Source of the DNA: Kaistella sp.
Lineage (GTDB): Bacteria > Bacteroidota > Bacteroidia > Flavobacteriales > Weeksellaceae
Direction: 5' to 3'
Assembly: GCA_032057205.1 (NCBI GenBank)
Contig: DAMCFT010000004.1
Coordinates: 132,890 to 196,889 of the forward strand
DNA: 64,000 bases
Position numbers and translations under genes: made by a program. Positions within the stretch are counted from its first letter, which is position 1, and each line of letters begins with the position of its first letter. The notes under the pieces are model-generated. The model searched no databases, had not been told where the DNA came from, and was given only the letters and a program-made list of their open reading frames with translations. Shown one piece after another: positions 1 through 8,316 of the stretch.

Positions 1-1013
1 CCTTTCGGGTAATTCACGCCTTTCTGCATGGCCAACTCCAGATCCTCGTCATTGGCGATACCCAGGCGCTTGGCTTCCACAGCTTCATTAATGAGCATAG
101 AAATAATACGCATGAAAATTTCCTCGTATAGTTCCTGATTGGTTTCCGGCTTTGGTTTTTCCGCGCCTTCCGCATAATCATAAAATCCGCGTCCGGTTTT
201 TCTTCCCAGCAAACGTGCTTCACTCATTCGCTGTTGCAGAAGGCTGGGTTTGTATTTCGGGTCATAAAAATAATCGGCATACACGGTTTTGGTGACCGCA
301 AAATTCACATCAATACCGATGAGGTCCATCAGTTCAAACGGTCCCATTTTAAAATTTCCCAGGCTGCGCATCGCCTCATCAATCTGTTCCGGTGTGGCAA
401 TATTTTCTTCCGCAAGACGCAGTGCTTCACCATAAAACGGACGGGCAATCCGGTTCACAATAAAGCCGGGAACATCCTTCGCGATCACAGGCGTTTTTCC
501 CCAGGATTGCATCAGTTCATAAAGTTTTTGTGGCAACTGTTGATCCGTTAAAAGTCCCGGAATAATTTCCACCAGCGGCATCAGCGGGGCCGGATTAAAG
601 AAATGAATGCCCACAAAGCGCTCCGGATGCTTTAAGTCTGCGGACAAGGAGGTAATGGAAATAGAGGAGGTGTTGCTACCGATAATACAGTCCTCGCGAA
701 CGACCGCTTCCAGATTTTCAAACACCTGGCTTTTAATTTCCTTGTTTTCAATAATAGCCTCGATCACCAGGTCGCACGCACCGAATGCCTGCAAATCAGG
801 ACAGGCCTGAATTTTCGAAAGGATGTCGGTCTTTTTATCGTCGCTGATTTTTTGTTTTTCCACCAGGCGGGTCAGCACTTTTTCCAGTCCGGCAATTGCT
901 TTTTGAGTTTGCGCTGTATTGGTGTCATATATAAAGACTTCGCAACCGGAGGTAGCCGCGACCTGCGCAATGCCTATACCCATGGTGCCGGAGCCGATGA
1001 TTCCTATATTCAT
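1..1013 (-). CDS. 3-hydroxyacyl-CoA (3-hydroxybutyryl-CoA) dehydrogenase, PaaH-like; C-terminus outside window
   Basis: Not in ORF track (runs off the edge). My translation from ATG at complement 1011-1013: MNIGIIGSGTMGIGIAQVAA (GxGxxG Rossmann) ... IHFFNPAPLMPLVEIIPG ... GFIVNRIARPFYGEA. Last gene of a paa-type cluster. Confidence 0.85.
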   Translation of the reverse strand, partial: MNIGIIGSGTMGIGIAQVAATSGCEVFIYDTNTAQTQKAIAGLEKVLTRLVEKQKISDDKKTDILSKIQACPDLQAFGACDLVIEAIIENKEIKSQVFENLEAVVREDCIIGSNTSSISITSLSADLKHPERFVGIHFFNPAPLMPLVEIIPGLLTDQQLPQKLYELMQSWGKTPVIAKDVPGFIVNRIARPFYGEALRLAEENIATPEQIDEAMRSLGNFKMGPFELMDLIGIDVNFAVTKTVYADYFYDPKYKPSLLQQRMSEARLLGRKTGRGFYDYAEGAEKPKPETNQELYEEIFMRIISMLINEAVEAKRLGIANDEDLELAMQKGVNYPK

Positions 1014-1074
1014 TTATTTAATTTAAAAATGGGTTAATTTGATGATTTGAAAATGAGCTAATTTGAGAGTGTGA

Positions 1075-1380
1075 CTATCTTGACGATTTGCTCCTGGAAA
1101 TTATTTTAGATAAAATAAGTTGCATTGATTTTAAATTTTGCAGCATTTCAGATTCTTTCTGCATTCTGACTTTCGCGGACATTTGCTCCGCTTGAGGTTT
1201 CTAATTTAAAGATTTGATTAACGAGCGAGAACCGTTTTTGAGTTAACAGCTGTTCCGAGAATTCAACAATATCAAGCGCAAACCCGAAAGTTTTGTGACA
1301 ATAATATTCTCTGTCGTTTCTGATAACAGTTTATCAACATCTTTAATTACCACTTTCTCAAATCCGCACATTATCAACAT
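1075..1380 (-). pseudogene. decayed remnant of a four-helix-bundle (23S rRNA intervening-sequence protein-like) gene
   Basis: Minus-strand frames read ENIIVTKLSGLRLILLNS, then after stops/frameshifts TSSGANVRESQNAE, then KESEMLQNL..LILSKIISRSKSSR. In order these resemble helix 1, the SxGANVxE(A/S)xNAES motif and the ..IL.SII.TSK tail of the ~115-aa Bacteroidota family. There are at least 2 in-frame stops plus internal deletions. Confidence 0.4.
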
Positions 1381-1402
1381 TCTCACATTTCCAAATGACA
1401 CT

Positions 1403-2203
1403 CTATTTTCCCTTGTATTCCGGTGCCCGTTTTTCCAGGAAGGCAGCAATTCCTTCGCGGAAATCCTCGGACTCCGCTGCTTCCTGTTGCAGAATGCCTT
1501 CCAGGTCAAGCTGCTGGCTAAGCGAATTTCCATAGGATTCATTAAATGCTTTTTTCGTCAGCGCGATGGCTTTGGTCGGAAGTGCCGAAATCTGTGTCAG
1601 TACCTGCATCGCGGACTCAGCGAAGGCTTCATTTGGAAAAACATCAGCAATCAGACCCATGTTTTTCGCTTCTGTGGCAGAAAGTTTTTTACCGGTAAAT
1701 GCGAGGTAATTTGCCTGTTGACGGCCCAGTAATTTTGGCAACCAATACGTGCCACCGGTATCCGGAATCAGGCCAATGTTTACGAAAGCCTGAGAGAAAT
1801 AAGAAGCTTCCGTCGCCAAGCAGATATCACAAATCAGCGCCAGCATGGCACCCGCACCAACCGCCGGCCCATTAACTAATGAGATAACCGGCTTTCTGCA
1901 GGCCGCAATCTCTTTTACCAAGGGGTTATAGTAATCAATGACAATGCGCTGAATAATTCTGTCCTCTTCCGGGTCGTTGAAAGACATGGCATCTTTCAGG
2001 TTCTGACCGCTGCAAAAAGCTTTTCCGCGCCCGGAAACAGCGAGACAGCGAACGTTAGGATTTCGGCTGCCGGCATACACGAACTCGCGTAATTCCTGGA
2101 GCAGCACTTTATTTAAGCTGTTGTATGTTTTTTCGTCATTCAGATAGGCAATCTGTACTTTGCCATCAAGTGCGGTCTCGATCTGCAGTTGGGTATAAGT
2201 CAT
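1403..2203 (-). CDS. enoyl-CoA hydratase/isomerase (crotonase family, paa-cluster type)
   Basis: ORF track 1403..2497, trimmed to ATG at complement 2201-2203 (MTYTQLQIETALDGKVQIAYLN). Crotonase motifs AFCSGQNL and LVNGPAVGAGAMLAL. The longer ORF overlaps paaD. Confidence 0.85.
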   Translation of the reverse strand: MTYTQLQIETALDGKVQIAYLNDEKTYNSLNKVLLQELREFVYAGSRNPNVRCLAVSGRGKAFCSGQNLKDAMSFNDPEEDRIIQRIVIDYYNPLVKEIAACRKPVISLVNGPAVGAGAMLALICDICLATEASYFSQAFVNIGLIPDTGGTYWLPKLLGRQQANYLAFTGKKLSATEAKNMGLIADVFPNEAFAESAMQVLTQISALPTKAIALTKKAFNESYGNSLSQQLDLEGILQQEAAESEDFREGIAAFLEKRAPEYKGK

Positions 2204-2258
2204 ATCAGGCGGATTTGTGTTTAATGATGAGATAAAGGGTTTCGTAAAATAGCTCAGT

Positions 2259-2723
2259 TTAATGACATTTAAAATAATCAAAAGGTTCCAGGCAGTCATT
2301 GCACTGGTAGCTGGCTTTGCAAAGGGTTGACCCGAAGCGGCTGATTTGCGTGGTGTTTTCGGAACCACAGCGCGGACATTTTTTCGGCACATCCAGGTGG
2401 TCCTGGTCTGCGCCTTTTTCCGGTGGTGTGATTCCGTACGCGCGAAGTTTCTCGCGGGCTTCATCGGTAATCCAGTCGGTAGTCCAGACGGGCGCAATGC
2501 GCGTGGTTACCTTTGCTTCCAGACCGTGTTCACGAAAAAGCTTGATGATATCCTCTTCAATGTTAAACATGGCCGGGCAGGCAGAGTAAGTCGGCGTAAT
2601 GACGACTTCCGCCGTGGTTTCCGATGTACGCTGCGCCTCGCGCACGATGCCGAGTTCCACAATATTAATCACCGGAATTTCCGGATCGGGAATCTGAGCG
2701 AGTAAATCAAGAAGATTTTCCAT
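2259..2723 (-). CDS. paaD: phenylacetate-CoA oxygenase subunit PaaD (PaaJ)
   Basis: 154 aa. N-terminal DUF59-like IPDPEIPVINIVELGIV..ITPTYSACPA and C-terminal Cys cluster CPRCGS..C..YQCNDC. Confidence 0.85.
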   Translation of the reverse strand: MENLLDLLAQIPDPEIPVINIVELGIVREAQRTSETTAEVVITPTYSACPAMFNIEEDIIKLFREHGLEAKVTTRIAPVWTTDWITDEAREKLRAYGITPPEKGADQDHLDVPKKCPRCGSENTTQISRFGSTLCKASYQCNDCLEPFDYFKCH

Positions 2724-2759
2724 TGGTTTTATCGAAGCAGTTATTTGTGTTGTCCCGGC

Positions 2760-3509
2760 TTACCAGGCACAGTTTGGGTAGGTGCGCTGCATGTATTGCA
2801 GTTCACATAAAATATACCCGAAATATTCTGTATGATATCCGGTGCGCGAACCTTTTTGCATAAAAGTACTTTCCGGGATAGCGATTCCAAACTCTGCAAA
2901 ATCCTTTTCTACGAGAGTTTTCCACGCGGTGTGGATTTCGCTCTCGGCAGGAACAATATCCAGTTGTACCAGTTCACGCTCGCCCGGTGTTTCAGCAAAC
3001 ATTCCGGCTGTGTATTCCCACAAAAGGTCTACTGCATTGTGCAGGCGTTCCTGACTCTCGGGCGTGCCGCCGGCAAACATTTTAATCCAGGTAGCCGTAT
3101 GGGTACAGTGGTATTTTACTTCTTTCAGAGATTTCTCCGCGATGGCGGCCAGCGTTTCATCTGAGCTGGAAAGCAACGCTTCGTACAACACCTTCTGATA
3201 GGCTGAAAAGAAATAGACTTTAAGCAGAGTCTGCGCATAATCACCGTTGGGCAATTCCGTGAGCTGGCAGTTCAGGTATTCTTTTTCCAGACGAAGAAAG
3301 GCCAGATTATCTTCGGTTTTCCCGAGATCCTGCACCTGCGCGGCATATTTAAAAAGATTGTTCGACTGACCAAGGTAATCCAGGGCAATATTGGTTAGCG
3401 CAATATCTTCCTCCAGATACGGACCCTGGCCGCAAAGTTCGCCCAGCCGCTGACCCATAATCAGGGTGTCATCTGCCAGTTTCAGTAAATAATGATATAA
3501 GGGATTCAT
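2760..3509 (-). CDS. paaC: phenylacetate-CoA oxygenase subunit PaaC (PaaI)
   Basis: 249 aa. LADDTLIMGQRLGELCGQGPYLEEDIALTNIALDYLGQ is typical of PaaC. Position between paaB and paaD. Confidence 0.85.
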   Translation of the reverse strand: MNPLYHYLLKLADDTLIMGQRLGELCGQGPYLEEDIALTNIALDYLGQSNNLFKYAAQVQDLGKTEDNLAFLRLEKEYLNCQLTELPNGDYAQTLLKVYFFSAYQKVLYEALLSSSDETLAAIAEKSLKEVKYHCTHTATWIKMFAGGTPESQERLHNAVDLLWEYTAGMFAETPGERELVQLDIVPAESEIHTAWKTLVEKDFAEFGIAIPESTFMQKGSRTGYHTEYFGYILCELQYMQRTYPNCAW

Positions 3510-3593
3510 GTAATCTCAATTTTTAAAAGGTGACGGCTGTACGTCCTGCAAAGTCATTATACAGTGTACATTATACATAGTACAATTTGCAAC

Positions 3594-3875
3594 CTACATA
3601 TTCTTCACGTCGTTTGGAATTTCATAAAAAGTAGGGTGACGGTACAGTTTGCTTTCAGCCGGATCGAAGAAGGCTTCTTTATCAACACCTTCAGATGTCA
3701 CCATATATTTGCTGGGAACCACCCAGATGGAAGTTCCTTCCATGCGGCGGGTGTACACATCGCGTGCGCTTTGCAAAGCCATTTCGGCGGTGGCAGCCTG
3801 CACAGTGCCGGCGTGTTTATGGGAAAGTCCGGGTTTGGTTTGAATGAAAACTTCCCACATATCTAAATTGCTCAT
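3594..3875 (-). CDS. paaB: 1,2-phenylacetyl-CoA epoxidase subunit PaaB
   Basis: 93 aa. WEVFIQTKPGLSHKHAGTV.A....AL..AR.VY.RR is typical of PaaB. Confidence 0.9.
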   Translation of the reverse strand: MSNLDMWEVFIQTKPGLSHKHAGTVQAATAEMALQSARDVYTRRMEGTSIWVVPSKYMVTSEGVDKEAFFDPAESKLYRHPTFYEIPNDVKNM

Positions 3876-3992
3876 TATGCTAATAATTTTGGGTTAAAAG
3901 GTACGTTTTTTAGCGTGGTTTTCAAAAATGATTAATGACTCTGGTAAACTGACGAAACCAGCTTTTTTTGTTTGTAACTAAAAAAGAATTTT

Positions 3993-5225
3993 TTAAAACG
4001 TAAGTTTATTTCCGTCACAATACACTGCTGCCGGTGTCAGGCTTCCCTGATGATACAGAATATCGTGGAAGTTATTGGTTCTGTAAAGCACGAAATCAGC
4101 TTTTTGCCCGGCTTCCAGTTTTCCGCGGTCATCGAGATTGAGCGCATGTGCCGCCCGGAACGTGATGCCGGCCAGTACTTCAGCTGTTGTAAGTTTCTCA
4201 AAGGTGGCCAGAATGCTTGCCTGCGTAATCAGATTGCCCATCGGTGCGGACCCGGGATTCCAGTCTGAAGCAATAGCGAGTATTCCGCCCGCATCAAGAA
4301 TTTTACGCGCGGGCGTGAATCTTTCCCCCAGGCCGAGACTCGCGCCGGGCAAGGCTGTAGCCACGGTATCAGATTGCGCCAGGAACTGCAGATCATCTTC
4401 AACAGTCGCTTCCAGATGATCAGCGGAATGTGCACCGGTTTCTACTGCTATTCTTGAACTGCCCGGTGTGAATTGATCCGCATGCACGGTGAGCTGGAAA
4501 CCCATTTCTTTTGCTTTTAATAAAAAGTTACGGCTTTCCTCAGGCTGAAATGCAGATTTTTCAATAAAAATATCCACGCGCTCCGCCAGTTTTTCTTCCC
4601 GGACAGCCGGCAAAATTTCTTTCAGAATATAGGTAAGGTACGCTTCATTTCCACCCTCAAAGTCTTTTGGTTTTAAGTGTGCCGCTAAACAAGTTGGTAT
4701 CAGTGTGGCGCAGGTTTGCTCTTGTGCTTTTTTAATCACACGCAGCATTTTCAGTTCCTGTTCGACATTAAGGCCGTATCCTGATTTTATTTCAATGGTT
4801 GTAATCCCGAGTTTCGACAAACTTTCAATACGCTGGAGGATTTTTTGGAGCAATTCGTCCGCGGAAGCTTCCCGTGTATGCTGTACGGAACTCCAGATTC
4901 CGCCGCCGCTTTCCGCAATTTCGAGGTAGGTTTTACCGGCATTGCGCATGGCAAAATCGGTCGCTCGGCTCCCTCCGAAACAAATATGCGTATGTGCATC
5001 TGTAAACGCCGGCACGCAAATCATTTCTTCTTCAATCAAATCAGTTTCTGCATCAGGAAATTCTTGCTGCAGCTCTGCAAAGGTGGCTGTTCTATAAATC
5101 TTTCCTTCCTGTATCGCGAGGCCACCGCCGGGAATAACTTCTATCTGTTCATCATTAATTTTTCCGCGCAGGGGCAAACCACTCAGAGTAACCAACTGTG
5201 TGAAGGGTCCTGTTATCTTTATCAT
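3993..5225 (-). CDS. hutI: imidazolonepropionase
   Basis: 410 aa. Amidohydrolase metal motif PAFTDAHTHICFGGSR, ..HADQ.., ..ASDWNPGS. Confidence 0.9.
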   Translation of the reverse strand: MIKITGPFTQLVTLSGLPLRGKINDEQIEVIPGGGLAIQEGKIYRTATFAELQQEFPDAETDLIEEEMICVPAFTDAHTHICFGGSRATDFAMRNAGKTYLEIAESGGGIWSSVQHTREASADELLQKILQRIESLSKLGITTIEIKSGYGLNVEQELKMLRVIKKAQEQTCATLIPTCLAAHLKPKDFEGGNEAYLTYILKEILPAVREEKLAERVDIFIEKSAFQPEESRNFLLKAKEMGFQLTVHADQFTPGSSRIAVETGAHSADHLEATVEDDLQFLAQSDTVATALPGASLGLGERFTPARKILDAGGILAIASDWNPGSAPMGNLITQASILATFEKLTTAEVLAGITFRAAHALNLDDRGKLEAGQKADFVLYRTNNFHDILYHQGSLTPAAVYCDGNKLTF

Positions 5226-5256
5226 AAACTCATGCAGTAATTATTTGTCTGCAGTC

Positions 5257-5264
5257 CAAATTTA
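5257..5264 (-). promoter_or_regulatory. candidate Bacteroidota -7 box (TAnnTTTG) for hutI/paa transcript
   Basis: TAaaTTTG on minus strand, 31 nt before the hutI ATG. Confidence 0.45.
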
Positions 5265-5330
5265 AAAAAAATAAGCCAGTTCGGGGCAGAAGCTGCACCG
5301 CAGCATTATGTTAATCTGCGGCCAAATTCG

Positions 5331-5338
5331 TATCTTTG
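5331..5338 (+). promoter_or_regulatory. candidate -7 box for ruvB
   Basis: TAtcTTTG, 20 nt before ATG 5359. Confidence 0.45.
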
Positions 5339-5358
5339 AAGTTAATTCACCACTGAAA

Positions 5359-6381
5359 ATGACCGACTTTCTGCACGCAGATAAAGATAATTATTCCGAA
5401 GAGGACCTGAGCCTGGAACGGCGCATCCGGCCGCAGAGTTTTGGCGACTTTGCCGGTCAGCGCAAGACTTTGGATAACCTCGAAGTGTTCGTTGCCGCCG
5501 CGAAAAACCGTGGCGGCGCACTGGATCATGTGTTACTCCACGGCCCGCCGGGACTGGGGAAAACTACGCTGGCCAACATTATCGCGAATGAGCTTGGGGT
5601 CAACTGCAAAATTACCTCCGGGCCTGTCCTGGATAAACCGGGCAGTCTCGCCGGGCTGCTGACGAATCTGGAAGAGAATGATGTGCTTTTCATCGATGAG
5701 ATCCATCGCTTGTCGCCCGTGGTCGAGGAGTACTTATATTCCGCTATGGAGGATTATAAAATTGATATCATGCTGGAAACCGGACCGAATGCGCGCAGTG
5801 TGCAAATCGGTTTGAATCCTTTTACACTTATTGGCGCCACCACGCGCAGTGGCATGCTCACCAAGCCCATGCTTGCGCGATTTGGAATACAGTCGCGGCT
5901 AGAATATTACACCGTGGAACTGCTGGGGATGATTATCGAGCGCAGCGCGCGCGTGCTAGGCGTGAAAATCACTGAAGATGCTGCCCTGGAAATTGCCAGA
6001 AGAAGCCGCGGTACGCCCCGGATTGCCAATGCTTTATTGCGCCGCGTGCGTGATTTCGCGGAGATCAAAGGTAACGGCGATATCGAAATTAATATTACAA
6101 AATTTGCACTGAACTCACTGAATGTGGATGAGTTTGGTTTGGATGATATGGACAACCGCATCATGCGCGTCATGATAGAAAACTTCCGCGGCCGGCCGGT
6201 TGGGATTGCTGCGCTGGCGACATCGATTGGTGAAAATCCGGAAACTTTGGAGGAGGTGTATGAACCATTTCTGATCCAGGAAGGTTTTATCATCCGGACA
6301 CCAAGAGGTAGGGAAGTGACTGAGAAAGCCTATCGCCACCTGAATATTTCTGCACCAAAAAAACCGGATGAGTTGTTTTAA
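5359..6381 (+). CDS. ruvB: Holliday junction branch migration DNA helicase RuvB
   Basis: ORF track 5308..6381, trimmed to ATG 5359 ([10 protein letters not shown]). Walker [10 protein letters not shown], Walker [10 protein letters not shown], and [17 protein letters not shown]. Confidence 0.95.
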   Translation: MTDFLHADKDNYSEEDLSLERRIRPQSFGDFAGQRKTLDNLEVFVAAAKNRGGALDHVLLHGPPGLGKTTLANIIANELGVNCKITSGPVLDKPGSLAGLLTNLEENDVLFIDEIHRLSPVVEEYLYSAMEDYKIDIMLETGPNARSVQIGLNPFTLIGATTRSGMLTKPMLARFGIQSRLEYYTVELLGMIIERSARVLGVKITEDAALEIARRSRGTPRIANALLRRVRDFAEIKGNGDIEINITKFALNSLNVDEFGLDDMDNRIMRVMIENFRGRPVGIAALATSIGENPETLEEVYEPFLIQEGFIIRTPRGREVTEKAYRHLNISAPKKPDELF

Positions 6382-6394
6382 ATCATTTGCCTTT

Positions 6395-6522
6395 CGCTAA
6401 GAACGCTAAAGAAAATAATGATTCTGCGCGCATAGTTACTCATCTGTTTTTTCCATTGCTGAGCGAAGCGGCACAGCGTTCATTTCTTAATGTCCTACAG
6501 CTTAAACTTTGCGTTCTTCGCG
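6395..6522. repeat. long-range imperfect inverted repeat in a 380-bp non-coding gap
   Basis: Arm 6395-6411 is cgctaagaacgctaaag. Its reverse complement ctttagcgttcttagcg matches 6507-6522 ctttgcgttcttcgcg at 15 of 16 aligned positions with one 1-nt gap. Arms are ~95 nt apart. Confidence 0.5.
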
Positions 6523-6761
6523 CTAATGACAAATCATAATTAACACACAAAACTTGATAAATTCTTTCAATTTATTGAAACCTCTATTTAATATTTTTAT
6601 AAAGACAAAATTTGCGACCTTTGCAGATTAAACTGAAATTGGCCGGCAGTTCAATATTATATAAGAATGACAGACATTTGCGTTTTTATATCTATCGTTA
6701 TTTTTATAGCTTTAGACTATCAAAGAATTGCAAAGAAATTTCAGTATAAAAACAAGACCTT

Positions 6762-7628
6762 ATGAAATTATACCCAATACAATGCGGAAAATTTAAACTG
6801 GATGGTGGAGCGATGTTTGGCGTGGTGCCGAAGTCCCTCTGGGAAAGAACCAATCCGGCAGATGAAAGAAACCTCATTGAACTGGGCACCCGCTCCCTGC
6901 TCGTCGAAGACGGTAAAAAGCTCATTCTTATTGATACCGGTCTCGGTGATAAACAAAATGAAAAGTTTTTTGGTCATTATTCCCTTTGGGGCGATGACAG
7001 TATTGATAAAAGTCTGAAAAAATATGGCTTTGTGCGCGATGATATCACGGATGTCTTCCTGACGCACCTTCATTTTGATCATTGCGGCGGCGCGATTGAA
7101 TGGAATGCAGACCGTACCGGATATCAGCCGGCCTTTAAAAATGCACATTTCTGGTCTAATGAAGCACACTGGAAATGGGCCACAGAACCCAATGCCCGCG
7201 AGAAAGCCAGTTTCCTGCCGGAAAACATTCTGCCTATTCAGGAAAGTGGTCAGCTGAACTTTTTGCCCACACCGCAAAATGGAAATTATGGTTTTGCACC
7301 GGATTTAAAAATGGATGTGATCTTTGTGGACGGCCACACCGAAAAGCAAATGCTGCCGGTACTGCAATATCAGGATAAAACGGTGGTGTTCGCGGCAGAC
7401 CTGATTCCGACTGTCGGGCATATTCCACAGGTCTACGTTATGGGATATGATACGCGACCCCTTTTAACACTGGAGGAAAAGGCGAGATTTTTGAAGCAGT
7501 GCGTAGATAATGAGTATCTGCTCTTTTTCGAGCATGATGCACATCATGAACTGGCCAGCCTCAAAATGACCGAAAAAGGCGTGCGGCTGGATGAAACCTT
7601 CAGCATGAACGATGTGTTCGGTTATTAA
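6762..7628 (+). CDS. MBL-fold metallo-hydrolase
   Basis: 288 aa. HxHxDH motif LTHLHFDHCGG. Confidence 0.8.
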   Translation: MKLYPIQCGKFKLDGGAMFGVVPKSLWERTNPADERNLIELGTRSLLVEDGKKLILIDTGLGDKQNEKFFGHYSLWGDDSIDKSLKKYGFVRDDITDVFLTHLHFDHCGGAIEWNADRTGYQPAFKNAHFWSNEAHWKWATEPNAREKASFLPENILPIQESGQLNFLPTPQNGNYGFAPDLKMDVIFVDGHTEKQMLPVLQYQDKTVVFAADLIPTVGHIPQVYVMGYDTRPLLTLEEKARFLKQCVDNEYLLFFEHDAHHELASLKMTEKGVRLDETFSMNDVFGY

Positions 7629-7658
7629 CATTAAAAAAAGATAAGTAAATATAAAATT

Positions 7659-8276
7659 ATGAATAATGATGAGCCCGAACCCAGGGCGAGTACAAAAATT
7701 ATTGGTATTACCGGCGGGATCGGTTCCGGAAAAAGCACCGTTTCGCAATATATAGAAGAGGCCGGTTTTCCGGTATATTCTTCGGATCTGCGCGCCAAAG
7801 AAATTGTGAACGAAAGCGCGGATCTTCGCATTCGGATTTCAGAATTGCTGGGTCCGGATGCCTACAACCATTTAGGCGTGTACGACCGCAGATATGTGGC
7901 GGAACGCGTTTTTAATGATGAAGAGCAATTGCTTCAACTGAACGGCCTAATTCACCCGGCGGTGCGCCGTGATTTCGAAAGTTGGGTGATACGGCAGGAA
8001 ACTCCGTTTGTGTTTAAGGAAACTGCTTTGCTCTTTGAACTTAAATTAAATGAAAGCTGCTACAAGTCACTCCTGGTTACAGCAGATGACAACTGCCGAC
8101 TGAAGCGTGTCATGGACCGTGACGAAAAAACGTACCGCGAAGTGGAAGCCGTGATGCTCAAACAAATGCCTGAAAAAGATAAAATCAAACTGGCAGATTA
8201 TATCATCTATAATAACGGAACGCTCGAAGATTTACGCACTGAAACGATGCGTTTCCTGGAAGAGTTGACTTCTTAA
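7659..8276 (+). CDS. coaE: dephospho-CoA kinase
   Basis: 205 aa. P-loop IIGITGGIGSGKSTV. Confidence 0.85.
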   Translation: MNNDEPEPRASTKIIGITGGIGSGKSTVSQYIEEAGFPVYSSDLRAKEIVNESADLRIRISELLGPDAYNHLGVYDRRYVAERVFNDEEQLLQLNGLIHPAVRRDFESWVIRQETPFVFKETALLFELKLNESCYKSLLVTADDNCRLKRVMDRDEKTYREVEAVMLKQMPEKDKIKLADYIIYNNGTLEDLRTETMRFLEELTS

Positions 8277-8282
8277 AAAGAA

Positions 8283-8316
8283 AGGTCTAATATCAATGCG
8301 ATATCAGGCCTTTTTT
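8283..8316. terminator. bidirectional hairpin terminator between convergent coaE and T9SS cargo gene
   Basis: aggtctaatatc-aatgc-gatatcaggcct (11 of 12 bp including one G.U) followed by T6. Overlaps the stop of the minus-strand gene. Confidence 0.6.

Noticed and set aside
2204-2497. 98-codon N-terminal extension of the enoyl-CoA hydratase ORF, with similar extensions at 35494-35568 (OmpA-type paralog), 5308-5358 (ruvB), 31886-31936 (ftsY), 58707-58832 (cupin) and 62101-62145 (ftsE).
   Set aside because: The extensions overlap the neighbouring gene or intergenic promoter/terminator elements and lack family similarity. An internal ATG gives the family-typical N-terminus or signal peptide.
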